DNA from: Bacteroidia bacterium
GTDB taxonomy: Bacteria; Bacteroidota; Bacteroidia; AKYH767-A; OLB10
Assembly: GCA_038211525.1 (NCBI GenBank)
Contig: JBBQVM010000003.1
Location: 1 to 34,593, forward strand
Direction of reading: 5' to 3'
DNA: 34,593 bases
Shown: positions 8,564 through 18,042 of the stretch, one piece after another
How the letters are laid out: the number at the start of each line of letters is the position of its first letter
How positions within the stretch are numbered: the stretch's first letter is position 1
Made by a program: the position numbers and the translations under genes
Notes under the pieces: model-generated
What the model saw: the letters and a program-made list of their open reading frames with translations, nothing else
What the model was told of the DNA's origin: nothing
Databases searched by the model: none

Positions 8564-9697
8564 ATGGGAAAATATGCATTAAGAGGCAGACAAAAAATGA
8601 AGACCATGACTAAAATGGTCTATACAGTAGCTGGAGCATCCTTGTTGGGATTAGCAGCTTATTTCACATTCTTTATAAACACCACTCAGGTTACTACCTC
8701 CACTGCGGGTTTGCATAAAAACATGATGGTGGGTTACGATATCGCCAATGGAGAAGTAATAGCTTCCTATTCATGGGATGATGGTGAAATGCTTAAGGCA
8801 GAAAGCGGACCTGATGCCATTGCCGTTTCTAAAGATGCCATATGCATGATTGGCGGTACTGAAAATACCAAAGGACTTAGTCCGGGTAAAAGTAGAAAAC
8901 CACTCAATTTTGAAATTCCTGCTATTAAGGAATTGAACTTGGGTGGTATTGATATGAGTATTGATTACCGTAAATCGGAAGAGAATTGTGACCTGTTTTC
9001 GCGAGGAAAGAATTTCAATTTGGGTGTGAAAGAAGGCAAACTTGCAATTAACTACCGATTGAAAAATAAACTCAATAAAAATATTAGCGTTTCAGAAATC
9101 ACCCGTTACGAAATTCCTAACGATGATGAATTTAGAAATTACCGTTTTTATCATGATCCCACTAATGGACGTTCAGAAATTTTTGTGAACGGTGTGGTGA
9201 TCTGGAGCCATGAATCAGATCCTGAAACAATGATGGCCTGGAAAGAAAAAGAGAGTCTGATAATCGGAAATGACTTGAAAGGCGATGGAACCGACAAGGT
9301 TTTTATTGATAATGTATTGGTAAAAGCAACCAAGCAGGTGAATGATATGCCCGTTACTTTGTTGAATTTTGAGGCTCGTGCCGAAAACAATTATGTTATG
9401 GTCAGTTGGTATACTGCATCAGAAACTGAAATAGACACTTTTATCGTAGAAAGATCAATGGATGCTAAAGAATTTAGAGAAGTGGGCCGTTTGAAGGCAA
9501 TAGGTGGCCCTGAAAAATTAACAGCTTATGCAATAGTTGATAAGAGTCCGAATACCGGCCTCGCTTATTATAGGTTAGTGCCGTCTAACAAACCATTAAA
9601 ATCGTTGACTATCTCGATGATAGGATATAAGTACCGCGGAAACGAGGGCGATTTAAAGTTAAGTGATGTGCCTGTTGAAGAGGCCAATAAAAAATAA
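8564..9697 (+). CDS. Exported or anchored protein with a probable ConA/LamG-like beta-sandwich and an Ig-like domain, no T9SS CTD
   Basis: N-terminal hydrophobic helix, LamG-like fragments (YHDPTNGRSEIFVNGVV...LIIGN...FIDNV) and the MPVTLLNFEA...WYTASETE...FIVERSMD...YYRL module. No PNP-type CTD follows. Confidence 0.75.
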   Translation: MGKYALRGRQKMKTMTKMVYTVAGASLLGLAAYFTFFINTTQVTTSTAGLHKNMMVGYDIANGEVIASYSWDDGEMLKAESGPDAIAVSKDAICMIGGTENTKGLSPGKSRKPLNFEIPAIKELNLGGIDMSIDYRKSEENCDLFSRGKNFNLGVKEGKLAINYRLKNKLNKNISVSEITRYEIPNDDEFRNYRFYHDPTNGRSEIFVNGVVIWSHESDPETMMAWKEKESLIIGNDLKGDGTDKVFIDNVLVKATKQVNDMPVTLLNFEARAENNYVMVSWYTASETEIDTFIVERSMDAKEFREVGRLKAIGGPEKLTAYAIVDKSPNTGLAYYRLVPSNKPLKSLTISMIGYKYRGNEGDLKLSDVPVEEANKK

Positions 9698-9715
9698 AAA
9701 ACTTTTCATGAACTG

Positions 9716-9746
9716 AGAGCCCGTTTGAAAGAACGGGCTTTTTTTA
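9716..9746 (+). terminator. Intrinsic terminator
   Basis: Stem AGCCCGTT / AACGGGCT with a TGAAAG loop, followed by a T-run. Confidence 0.88.
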
Positions 9747-9884
9747 TGGGCAAACATCGTAGCGGATAGTTAAACCCTCTTTTATCTTTAATCTTCAACC
9801 GGTTTATTTACCGAAAACCAAATACCATTTAAGTGCAAAATCTTCCTAAAAAAACTTATTTTTACAGAATCAATTTTTTCAGCA

Positions 9885-12800
9885 ATGCCAAAAAACGAAT
9901 TAATAATATACAGGTCCTCTGCCGGATCAGGTAAAACCTACACGTTGGTGCTGGAGTATCTGAAGTTGGTATTGGAGCAACCTGCCTCTTATCGTTCCAT
10001 ATTGGCCATCACCTTCACTAACAAGGCTACTGAGGAGATGAAAGCTCGTATAATTGGGGCTTTGGTGGCTATTTCCGAAAACAAGGACGTCGATTTGCAG
10101 GAGCTTGTTGCACAACAAACCGGTATCCCCATTCAGCAGCTTGCCGGTAAGGCTGCTAAGGTACTCGACTATATCCTCCACGATTATTCAGGCTTTGCCG
10201 TTTCAACCATTGATAGTTTTTTTAGTAAGATGGTAAGGGCGCTTGCCAGAGAACTCCATCTTCCACTTCGTTTTAATATTGAACTTGATATTGATTCGGT
10301 TATCCGGGAAATTACCAAATTGGTTTTCGCCGACATAGCTACCGACAAATCACTACGCACCTGGCTCCAAAATTTTGTTTTTGATAAACTCGAAAATGAA
10401 AAAGGCTGGAGGATTGAAAATGACATACACGAAATAGCTAAACAGTTATTTACTGAAAAATACCGTACTTTATTTTATGAAGAAAACGCACTTCCGGAAA
10501 GTAAACTTATTGAAGAATTAAAAAAAATAGTAACTGCTTTCGAGAAGCAAATGGCAGCATACAGTGATGCTTTTATGAAGTTAATTACTGAAAATGGATT
10601 GAATGTAGATGATTTCAACAACGGGAAAAACGGAGTCGCCGGTTATTTTCTCAAAATAAAAAAGCCGAAAGATGCTACAGACTACGAGCCCGGCAAAAGA
10701 TTTTATCTCGCGCTTGAAGAACCAATGGGTTGGACAACCAAATCTTCTATCAATAAAGACAAAATAGTCGATCTGGCAACCACACAACTTATTCCTCTTG
10801 CTGCCAAAGTGAATAATTGTATTGAGCAGGATTTTCCGCGGTTCATGGGTGCCATTGCGGTGCTCTCCAATGCCTATAAGGCCGGTGTGATTGCTATTTT
10901 GGATGAGAAATTAAAACTCTTTCGTGCCGAGAACGAACTTGTTTTATTGAGCGATACTAACATGATTCTCAATAAAGCTATTAGTGGACAAGATGCACCT
11001 TTTATTTATGAGAAAAACGGAAATAAATTCAATCATTTTATGTTGGATGAATTTCAGGATACCTCCAATTTTCAATGGTTGAATCTGGTACCATTAATTG
11101 AGAACTCATTAGGATCGGGAAATTATACGCTTATTGTTGGTGATGCCAAGCAGTCCATCTATCGTTGGCGGGGTGGTAACATGCAGTTGCTGCTTACCGG
11201 AATTAATCAAAATTTGAATGGCTTTAAAGAAATAACATCAAATAAACAGTTAGATGCCAATTACCGGAGTCGTGAAGTAGTTGTGAATTTTAATAACGCC
11301 TTTTTTGCTCAGGCTCCCGATAAAATTAATGTTTCGGTTGATGCCGGTGCAGCGGGAAATGCCTATACCGCGACTGACCTTTTCCAGAAATGGAAAAAAG
11401 GAAGTAACGGTGAAGGATATGTGAAAATAAAGTTTTTTGAAGAGGTAAAAGAATCCTCCGTTCAAGAAGAAGATTATGGGGGCAAATGGAAGGAACAAGC
11501 CTGCGCTGAGACCTTAAATACATTGCATCACCTCTTTGAAAATGGCTACGAACCGGGTGATGTAGCTATTTTGGCAAGGGTAAATAACGATGCCAAAATT
11601 ATTACCGGCTTCCTCTTGGAAAATGGAATCTCTAAAATTATTTCTCCGGAATCGATGCAGTTGTACCACTCACCAAAAATATGTTTCCTGGTGAATGTGT
11701 TACAGTTTATAAATAATTATGATGACGATTTAGCATTGGCTTATATCGTCTATTTCTGGAGAACTCGAAATGCGGGTTCAACAGTTGATTTGAATGAGTT
11801 ATTTGCTGAAAAACGTAAAGTTAAACTAGATTATTTGCCTGAATCATTCAGAAAACGGATGAAAGATTTTAGAAAAATTCCGTTGTATGAGGTGGTGGAA
11901 GAATTAACAATACTTTTTGAATTAAATCATCAACCCGAAGCATTTCTTCAACGTTTCCTGGATGTAATTCTCGAATATTCTGCAAATAACCCAGCTAACA
12001 TTCATGATTTTTTAGAATGGTGGGAAGAATATAAAGACAAAGAGAGTTGCTCGGTGATTGTTCCCTCCGGTGAAAATGCCATTCGGGTAATGAGTATTCA
12101 TAAATCGAAAGGACTCCAGTTTCCGGTAGTTATTATTCCATTTGCCGATTGGTCGCTGGAACCTAAGCCATCGGAGACTCTGTGGGTGAGCAGTAACGAA
12201 TTTCCTTTCAATGGAGCCAAGGCTCACCCGGTTAATTTTACTCAAAAACTACAAAAATCAATTTTTAATACGGAATATGAAAACGAGTTACTGCTCACCC
12301 ATGTCGATAACCTCAACATGTTGTATGTAGCTTGTACAAGGTCCGAAGAACAATTGTATATTTTTAGCAAACAACCAAATGTATCAAAAGAGTATAAGAT
12401 TAATAGTGCAGGCAAACTGATCTATTCCACACTGAAAGATTCGGTGGAGTGGTCGGCGATTTTGAATGAAAGTGAATTTAGTTTTGAATTGGGATCCTTC
12501 TCCTCCCCTTTCCGAAAAATTAATTTATCAAATAACACCGGCAAAGAATTACATGAATGGATAGCAGTTCCCTGGAAAGATCGATTAAAAATGCTGATCA
12601 GTAAAAAGAAAATTTCTGTTTATGATCCTGAACCTCCTGAAACAATTTATGGTACACTGTTTCATGCAGTAGCATCCGAAATAAATTCATCAAAAGATGT
12701 TCAGGAAGTTATTAAACAACGTATACGCGAAGATGTTAGTGATGAAGAAATTAAAATTCGTTTGCTAAAAGATCTCTCCTATTTTATAGCTGTTGCTGAG

Positions 12801-13064
12801 GCAAATGACTGGTTAAATGAGCAAGCAGTAACTTTGAACGAAACCGATTTACTCTTGGAGGATGGCTCTGTACTTCGGCCCGACCGGTTAATTATTAAAG
12901 ATAAAACAGCTATTGTAATTGATTATAAAACAGGATCCGAAGAAAAATTTCACGCCAGTCAAGTTCAACAATATGCAGGTACCCTTAACAGGATGGGATA
13001 TGAAAATGTGAAGATGATTTTAATTTATCCGTCACTGGAAAAAATTGTAGAAGTAGCAGCTTAA
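9885..13064 (+). CDS. addA: UvrD/AddA-like ATP-dependent helicase with C-terminal PD-(D/E)XK nuclease
   Basis: SSAGSGKT, ITFTNKA, LDEFQDT, VGDAKQSIYRWRG, NYRS, SIHKSKGLQF and LYVACTR helicase motifs, plus nuclease motif RPDRL...IDYKTG. Confidence 0.88.
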   Translation: MPKNELIIYRSSAGSGKTYTLVLEYLKLVLEQPASYRSILAITFTNKATEEMKARIIGALVAISENKDVDLQELVAQQTGIPIQQLAGKAAKVLDYILHDYSGFAVSTIDSFFSKMVRALARELHLPLRFNIELDIDSVIREITKLVFADIATDKSLRTWLQNFVFDKLENEKGWRIENDIHEIAKQLFTEKYRTLFYEENALPESKLIEELKKIVTAFEKQMAAYSDAFMKLITENGLNVDDFNNGKNGVAGYFLKIKKPKDATDYEPGKRFYLALEEPMGWTTKSSINKDKIVDLATTQLIPLAAKVNNCIEQDFPRFMGAIAVLSNAYKAGVIAILDEKLKLFRAENELVLLSDTNMILNKAISGQDAPFIYEKNGNKFNHFMLDEFQDTSNFQWLNLVPLIENSLGSGNYTLIVGDAKQSIYRWRGGNMQLLLTGINQNLNGFKEITSNKQLDANYRSREVVVNFNNAFFAQAPDKINVSVDAGAAGNAYTATDLFQKWKKGSNGEGYVKIKFFEEVKESSVQEEDYGGKWKEQACAETLNTLHHLFENGYEPGDVAILARVNNDAKIITGFLLENGISKIISPESMQLYHSPKICFLVNVLQFINNYDDDLALAYIVYFWRTRNAGSTVDLNELFAEKRKVKLDYLPESFRKRMKDFRKIPLYEVVEELTILFELNHQPEAFLQRFLDVILEYSANNPANIHDFLEWWEEYKDKESCSVIVPSGENAIRVMSIHKSKGLQFPVVIIPFADWSLEPKPSETLWVSSNEFPFNGAKAHPVNFTQKLQKSIFNTEYENELLLTHVDNLNMLYVACTRSEEQLYIFSKQPNVSKEYKINSAGKLIYSTLKDSVEWSAILNESEFSFELGSFSSPFRKINLSNNTGKELHEWIAVPWKDRLKMLISKKKISVYDPEPPETIYGTLFHAVASEINSSKDVQEVIKQRIREDVSDEEIKIRLLKDLSYFIAVAEANDWLNEQAVTLNETDLLLEDGSVLRPDRLIIKDKTAIVIDYKTGSEEKFHASQVQQYAGTLNRMGYENVKMILIYPSLEKIVEVAA

Positions 13065-13459
13065 GGATTTAATTTTAGTTTGGCTTTCTTCCTTTTGTAA
13101 GAATTATCTCTATCAATCAGCTCCTTGTAATGAATGGAATTATCGTATATCATCCAAATGAATCGTTGAATACCTCTTGCATCTACCGATTTCATAAAAG
13201 TAAAATCGCAAATACTATGGTATCCACTGACTTCAAAATCAACATGTGGAAAAAATAAGGGCTCTTCTGAATGATCATTTCCTTGCAAATAGGAAATGAT
13301 TCCCCATAAAAATGGAAATTCTTTTTTTATAACGGTTGCGGTTATACGTTTTGTATCGAATAGCGTATCACAACTACCTATAATGCTTCCCGATACATCG
13401 AGCGTAATGCACTGGCACTTTTCACTTTCATCTAAGGTTAAGTAGTTGTTTGATCTCAT
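13061..13459 (-). CDS. Hypothetical protein, possible stand-alone PAS-like domain
   Basis: 132-aa ATG ORF filling the gap, with its stop overlapping the helicase stop (TTAA). The pattern ITLDVSGSIIGSCDTLF...FPF...CDFTF...WMIYDNSIHY resembles PAS-like input domains. Confidence 0.7.
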   Translation of the reverse strand: MRSNNYLTLDESEKCQCITLDVSGSIIGSCDTLFDTKRITATVIKKEFPFLWGIISYLQGNDHSEEPLFFPHVDFEVSGYHSICDFTFMKSVDARGIQRFIWMIYDNSIHYKELIDRDNSYKRKKAKLKLNP

Positions 13460-13718
13460 ATTTACAGGTTTAAATTACACACTGCACTTATTGTCATCCT
13501 TCACCAACCAATTAATCCGTTATGAAGTAGCTAAAACCTTGAAATAGTAAGAATTCATCGTTGCAACCTAATCTGCTCCACTTCCCTTTCCGGCCCCAGC
13601 CGAACCCAACTTTTGATTCCCTGATTCATTTTACTGATAGTCAAGTATAAAAGTTTCAAATACCTTACATTTCAATGCGTTGGCAGTAAGAGTAACACCA
13701 GTCACTGTCACCAACGGT

Positions 13719-13736
13719 TAATTTTGCTAATTTTGC
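13719..13736 (+). promoter_or_regulatory. Tandem Bacteroidota -7 elements upstream of pruA
   Basis: TAATTTTGC occurs twice in tandem (13719-13727 and 13728-13736); both copies match TAnnTTTG. Confidence 0.65.
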
Positions 13737-13758
13737 GGCTCTAAAATCAAATTATACT

Positions 13759-15390
13759 ATGTCGAACGGAATTTATAAAGTACCCCAGGCCATCAACGAA
13801 CCTGTTTTAAACTATGCTCCCGGATCACCAGAAAGGGCCGAATTAAAGAAAGCTTTGGCTGATGGAAGGTCTAAAGTTAAAGATGTACCAATGTATATCG
13901 GCGGTAAGGAGTTACGCACCGGTAAAACCAAAAAACTAAGCCCTCCACACGATCACCAGCATGTTTTGGGGCACTATCACGAAGGCGATGCGAGTCATGT
14001 AAAAATGGCTATTGATGCTGCCTTATCTGCGAAAGCGGAATGGGCCTCCTTAAGCTGGGAACAACGGGCTGCAATATTTTTGAAAGCTGCCGATCTCCTT
14101 GCCGGTCCTTATCGTCCTATTATTAACGCAGCTACTATGCTCGGACAATCGAAAAATGCCTATCAGGCAGAGATTGATGCTTCGTGCGAGATGATCGATT
14201 TTTTAAGATTTAACGTGCAGTATATGCATGAAATTTATAACCAGCAACCGGTTTCATCGAAAGGCGTGTGGAACAGATTGGAGCAGCGTCCGCTGGAAGG
14301 CTTTGTATTTGCATTAACTCCTTTTAATTTTACTGCTATTGCAGGAAATTTACCCTCTTCGGCGGCGATGATGGGAAATACCGTTGTTTGGAAACCTTCG
14401 AATACCGCAATTTATGCTGCCAGTGTTTTGATGGAGGTATTTATAAAAGCAGGGTTGCCTGCAGGCGTCATCAATCTTATTTACGTGTCGGGACCTGTGG
14501 CCGGTGATGTAATTTTTAAACATCCCGATTTCGCAGGCATCCATTTCACCGGCTCTACCGAAGTATTCAGAAATGTTTGGAGTGAAATTGGTAAAAATAT
14601 TGCGAATTTTAAATCCTATCCTCGCATTGTTGGTGAAACAGGTGGTAAAGATTTTATTGTGGCTCATGCTTCCGCAGATGTGGATGTTGTAGTTACTGCT
14701 TTGAGTAGAGGTGCATTTGAATACCAGGGACAAAAATGCAGCGCCGCTTCTCGAGCTTATATCCCTTCCAGTTTATGGCCCGAAGTGAAAAAAGGATTGA
14801 TAAGAGATTTGAAATCGATGAATATGGGACCTACTGAAGATTTTAGTAATTTTATTAATGCAGTGATTGATGAAAAATCGTTTGATAAAATTACCGATTA
14901 CATTCAGAAAGCAAAAGGTAGTAATGATGTAGAAATTGTTGTTGGTGGTAACTCTGATAAATCGAAAGGCTATTTTATAGAGCCAACTATTCTGCTTGCA
15001 AAGAAGCCCGATTATATTACTATGTGCGAAGAAATCTTTGGACCCGTTTTAACCATCTACGTTTACGACGATAATAAATTCGAAGAGACGCTTGACATAG
15101 TTGATAGAACAGGAATTTATGCACTCACAGGTGCAATCATTGCTCAAGATCGTTACGTGATTGAACATGCCATGAAAAAATTAGTGAACGCGGCAGGTAA
15201 TTTTTATATTAATGATAAATGTACCGGTGCGGTGGTAGGACAACAACCTTTCGGTGGCGCTAGAGGGTCAGGAACCAACGACAAGGCCGGATCCATGATT
15301 AACCTGTTAAGATGGGTTTCACCAAGAACTATTAAGGAGACATTTGTGCCTGCAGTAGATTATAAGTATCCATTTCTGAATAAAGAATAA
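13759..15390 (+). CDS. pruA: L-glutamate gamma-semialdehyde (P5C) dehydrogenase
   Basis: ALDH motifs TPFNFTAI, FTGST, ETGGKDF, FEYQGQKCSAASR (catalytic Cys), EEIFGP and GAVVGQQPFGG; NEPVLNYAPGSPER N-terminus typical of the family. Confidence 0.95.
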   Translation: MSNGIYKVPQAINEPVLNYAPGSPERAELKKALADGRSKVKDVPMYIGGKELRTGKTKKLSPPHDHQHVLGHYHEGDASHVKMAIDAALSAKAEWASLSWEQRAAIFLKAADLLAGPYRPIINAATMLGQSKNAYQAEIDASCEMIDFLRFNVQYMHEIYNQQPVSSKGVWNRLEQRPLEGFVFALTPFNFTAIAGNLPSSAAMMGNTVVWKPSNTAIYAASVLMEVFIKAGLPAGVINLIYVSGPVAGDVIFKHPDFAGIHFTGSTEVFRNVWSEIGKNIANFKSYPRIVGETGGKDFIVAHASADVDVVVTALSRGAFEYQGQKCSAASRAYIPSSLWPEVKKGLIRDLKSMNMGPTEDFSNFINAVIDEKSFDKITDYIQKAKGSNDVEIVVGGNSDKSKGYFIEPTILLAKKPDYITMCEEIFGPVLTIYVYDDNKFEETLDIVDRTGIYALTGAIIAQDRYVIEHAMKKLVNAAGNFYINDKCTGAVVGQQPFGGARGSGTNDKAGSMINLLRWVSPRTIKETFVPAVDYKYPFLNKE

Positions 15391-15414
15391 TTGAAGTTAG
15401 TCTCAATTTATATC

Positions 15415-15448
15415 AATAGCGATGATTCCAAATCATCGCTATTTTTTT
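15415..15448 (+). terminator. Intrinsic terminator
   Basis: 13-bp perfect stem AATAGCGATGATT / AATCATCGCTATT followed by a T-run. Confidence 0.9.
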
Positions 15449-15489
15449 ACCTAATAAATTAATTTTGGGATTACGAATATAGTTTTTAG

Positions 15490-15497
15490 TATCTTTG
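15490..15497 (+). promoter_or_regulatory. Bacteroidota -7 promoter element
   Basis: TATCTTTG 19 nt upstream of ATG 15517, with TTTG at 15464-15467. Confidence 0.6.
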
Positions 15498-15516
15498 AAT
15501 TCAAACATCAACTAAA

Positions 15517-15804
15517 ATGAAGAAATATCTCTGTATTCCTGCCCTGTTAATTCTGTCAGCAACTGCTACTATGGCTCAGGATACTCCACTACAAGATGGC
15601 AAACCCTGCTTTACCAAGCAATGGGTGGATAGTGTAAACACCTACAATTCGGCCCGGTTAAGCAGTGGTGTTCCAATTATGTTCGAATGGTATGCCTACG
15701 AAGGACAATCACAGCCAGTACCTGCCCCCGCTCAAATGATTAATGTGATCAGGGTTACCCTCCAGGAAAATTGTCCGGAAGTAGATAAAAAAAGAAAAGA
15801 GTAA
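15517..15804 (+). CDS. Small secreted hypothetical protein
   Basis: Sec signal peptide MKKYLCIPALLILSATATMA followed by Q; it has its own promoter and terminator. Confidence 0.75.
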   Translation: MKKYLCIPALLILSATATMAQDTPLQDGKPCFTKQWVDSVNTYNSARLSSGVPIMFEWYAYEGQSQPVPAPAQMINVIRVTLQENCPEVDKKRKE

Positions 15805-15851
15805 TTATTTGCTGAAGTCCTATCCAAAAAATAAGATTTTAAAATCACCTT

Positions 15852-15890
15852 AAATGCCATGTATTTGATAATCAAGTACATGGCATTTTT
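15852..15890 (+). terminator. Intrinsic terminator
   Basis: Stem AAATGCCATGTA / TACATGGCATTT with inner TTGA/TCAA pairing and a T tail. Confidence 0.8.
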
Positions 15891-15965
15891 GTGAATATTC
15901 AACTTTTAAACAAAACTATGCTAATAAGTGGATACCTGAACCAAACTTTTAACGTTTGAAAACTA

Positions 15966-15973
15966 TACATTTG
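15966..15973 (+). promoter_or_regulatory. Bacteroidota -7 promoter element directly before the start codon
   Basis: TACATTTG ends 4 nt before ATG 15978. Confidence 0.6.
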
Positions 15974-15977
15974 AGGC

Positions 15978-16301
15978 ATGAAAAGGTTCGAGAAAATACT
16001 TCCCTGGTTAAAGGACAAATATGTAATTACGGTTATCGTATTTGTGGTGTGGATGATCGCTTTCGACCGGAATGATTTTATTTCTCAACATAGCTATCGT
16101 AAACAGTTGAATAAACTGGAAGAGGATAAAGCCTATTTTATTTCAGAGATTGAGTTAAATAAGAAAAATACTTTTGAACTAACCTCTAATCCTGCGAATC
16201 TGGAAAAATTTGCAAGAGAGAATTATAGAATGAAAAAAGATGATGAGGATATTTTTATGATCCTCCCTAGAGATAAAAGTGCTCCGATAGCCGAAAAATA
16301 A
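15978..16301 (+). CDS. ftsB: Septum formation initiator (FtsB/DivIC family)
   Basis: Single TM helix ending WMIAFDRND, a coiled coil, and the LEKFARENYRMKKDDEDIF motif. Confidence 0.85.
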   Translation: MKRFEKILPWLKDKYVITVIVFVVWMIAFDRNDFISQHSYRKQLNKLEEDKAYFISEIELNKKNTFELTSNPANLEKFARENYRMKKDDEDIFMILPRDKSAPIAEK

Positions 16302-16444
16302 ATCTGCTTTTTAGAAGGGTTCGCAGCATTCAAGAAATTTCACAAAATTTTAGCGAAGACAATAATCTTCAACTTAATGTTGAGTTTGGATGAGGGGTGA
16401 AGCTTTTTTTGTTCCATTATCACCCTCCTGAAGCACTTCGCATT

Positions 16445-18016
16445 TTAACCCTCGTATTCGCCAAAGACTTTTCTCATTACATCCGAAACCTCGCCAAGTG
16501 TACCATAACTTTCCACGCAAGTGAGAATGTGAGGCATGAGATTACTGCCATCACGGGCAGCTTGTTCCAATTGTGACAAACCTTCCGCCACCTGCTGGGT
16601 GTCACGACTATTTTTTAAGGCTACCAACTTTTCCATTTGCAACGTTCTAATAGAATCGTCAACCGAAAAAACTTTTCCGAATGGTGGTTCTTCGATGGTG
16701 AATTTATTTTGTCCCACAATTATTTTTTCACCACTCTGAATGTCACGTTGATATTTATAAGCTGAATCGGCTATTTCCTGTTGAATATAACCTGCTTCTA
16801 TGGCATTTACTGCACCACCCATTTCATCAATGCGATGAATATATTCCCATGCTTTTTTCTCCACTTCATTGGTGAGTGCTTCTACATAAAATGATCCACC
16901 GAGGGGATCAACAGACTGTGCAGTACCACTCTCAAAAGCCAGTATTTGTTGGGTGCGCAACGCAATGGTTGCAGCAGCTTCGGTTGGGAGCGATAACGCC
17001 TCATCGTAACCATTGGTGTGCAACGATTGTGTTCCGCCCAACACTGCTGAAAGAGCCTGCACTGTTACCCTAATAATGTTGTTCATGGGCTGTTGTGCCG
17101 TGAGCGTAGATCCACCTGTTTGGGTATGAAAGCGTAACATCATTGCCCTTGGATCTGTTGCACCCAAATCTTTCGTGATTTTTGCCCACATCCTTCGCGC
17201 TGCACGAAACTTGGCGACTTCCTCAAAAAGATTATTATGCGCATTGAAGAAAAATGAAATGCGTTTTGCGAAAACATTTATATCTAATTTTTTGTCGATG
17301 GCCGCTTTCAGATATGCTTTCCCATCAGCTAACGTAAAAGCCAACTCTTGCACCGCATTTGCACCGGCTTCGCGTATGTGATAACCTGACACCGAAATAG
17401 TATTCCATTTAGGTACCTCATTGGAACAGTATTCGAAAATATCGGTAATGATACGCATCGACTGCTTTGGCGGATAAATGTAGGTTCCACGTGCAGCGTA
17501 TTCTTTTAAAATATCATTTTGAATGGTTCCTGAAATATTTTTTAAGGATGCCCCCTGACGTTTTGCCAACGCAATGTACATGCATAGCAGACTCGATGCA
17601 GTTGCATTAATAGTCATGGAGGTGGTAATTTTTTCCAACTCAATGCCATCAAAAAGTTGTTCCATGTCATGTAAAGAATCAATGGCAACACCTGCCTTTC
17701 CTACCTCGCCCTCTGAAAGCTCATGGTCGCTGTCGTAACCAATTTGTGTAGGCAAATCAAATGCTACACTCAAACCGGTAGTTCCCTGCCCCAATAAATA
17801 TCGATACCGTTTATTGGATTCTTCGGCAGTACTAAATCCTGCATACTGTCGCATGGTCCATACTCGGGAACGGTACATATCGGATTGCACACCCCGTGTA
17901 AATGGAAATTCTCCCGGTTCCTCCAGCTGTTCCACAGGTCCCTTATATACTCTCTGTACTTCAATTCCTGAATCGGTAAAATACTGACAGGGCAAAGTTT
18001 TTTTGTCAGACATCAT
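16445..18016 (-). CDS. Methylmalonyl-CoA mutase, substrate-binding (large) subunit without a B12-binding domain
   Basis: [54 protein letters not shown] and [13 protein letters not shown]. No DxHxxG motif. Confidence 0.93.
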   Translation of the reverse strand: MMSDKKTLPCQYFTDSGIEVQRVYKGPVEQLEEPGEFPFTRGVQSDMYRSRVWTMRQYAGFSTAEESNKRYRYLLGQGTTGLSVAFDLPTQIGYDSDHELSEGEVGKAGVAIDSLHDMEQLFDGIELEKITTSMTINATASSLLCMYIALAKRQGASLKNISGTIQNDILKEYAARGTYIYPPKQSMRIITDIFEYCSNEVPKWNTISVSGYHIREAGANAVQELAFTLADGKAYLKAAIDKKLDINVFAKRISFFFNAHNNLFEEVAKFRAARRMWAKITKDLGATDPRAMMLRFHTQTGGSTLTAQQPMNNIIRVTVQALSAVLGGTQSLHTNGYDEALSLPTEAAATIALRTQQILAFESGTAQSVDPLGGSFYVEALTNEVEKKAWEYIHRIDEMGGAVNAIEAGYIQQEIADSAYKYQRDIQSGEKIIVGQNKFTIEEPPFGKVFSVDDSIRTLQMEKLVALKNSRDTQQVAEGLSQLEQAARDGSNLMPHILTCVESYGTLGEVSDVMRKVFGEYEG

Positions 18017-18042
18017 TTTTCATATATACTTAACCGTTATAA

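Noticed and set aside
9885-13064. Helicase-nuclease as a defence-system component
   Set aside because: Size and motif order fit housekeeping AddA-type repair enzymes. The absence of an adjacent addB is not enough to imply a defence role.
16392-16427. Hairpin between the convergent ftsB and mutase genes
   Set aside because: The stem is short with a long loop and no adjacent U-tract, too weak to call a terminator.
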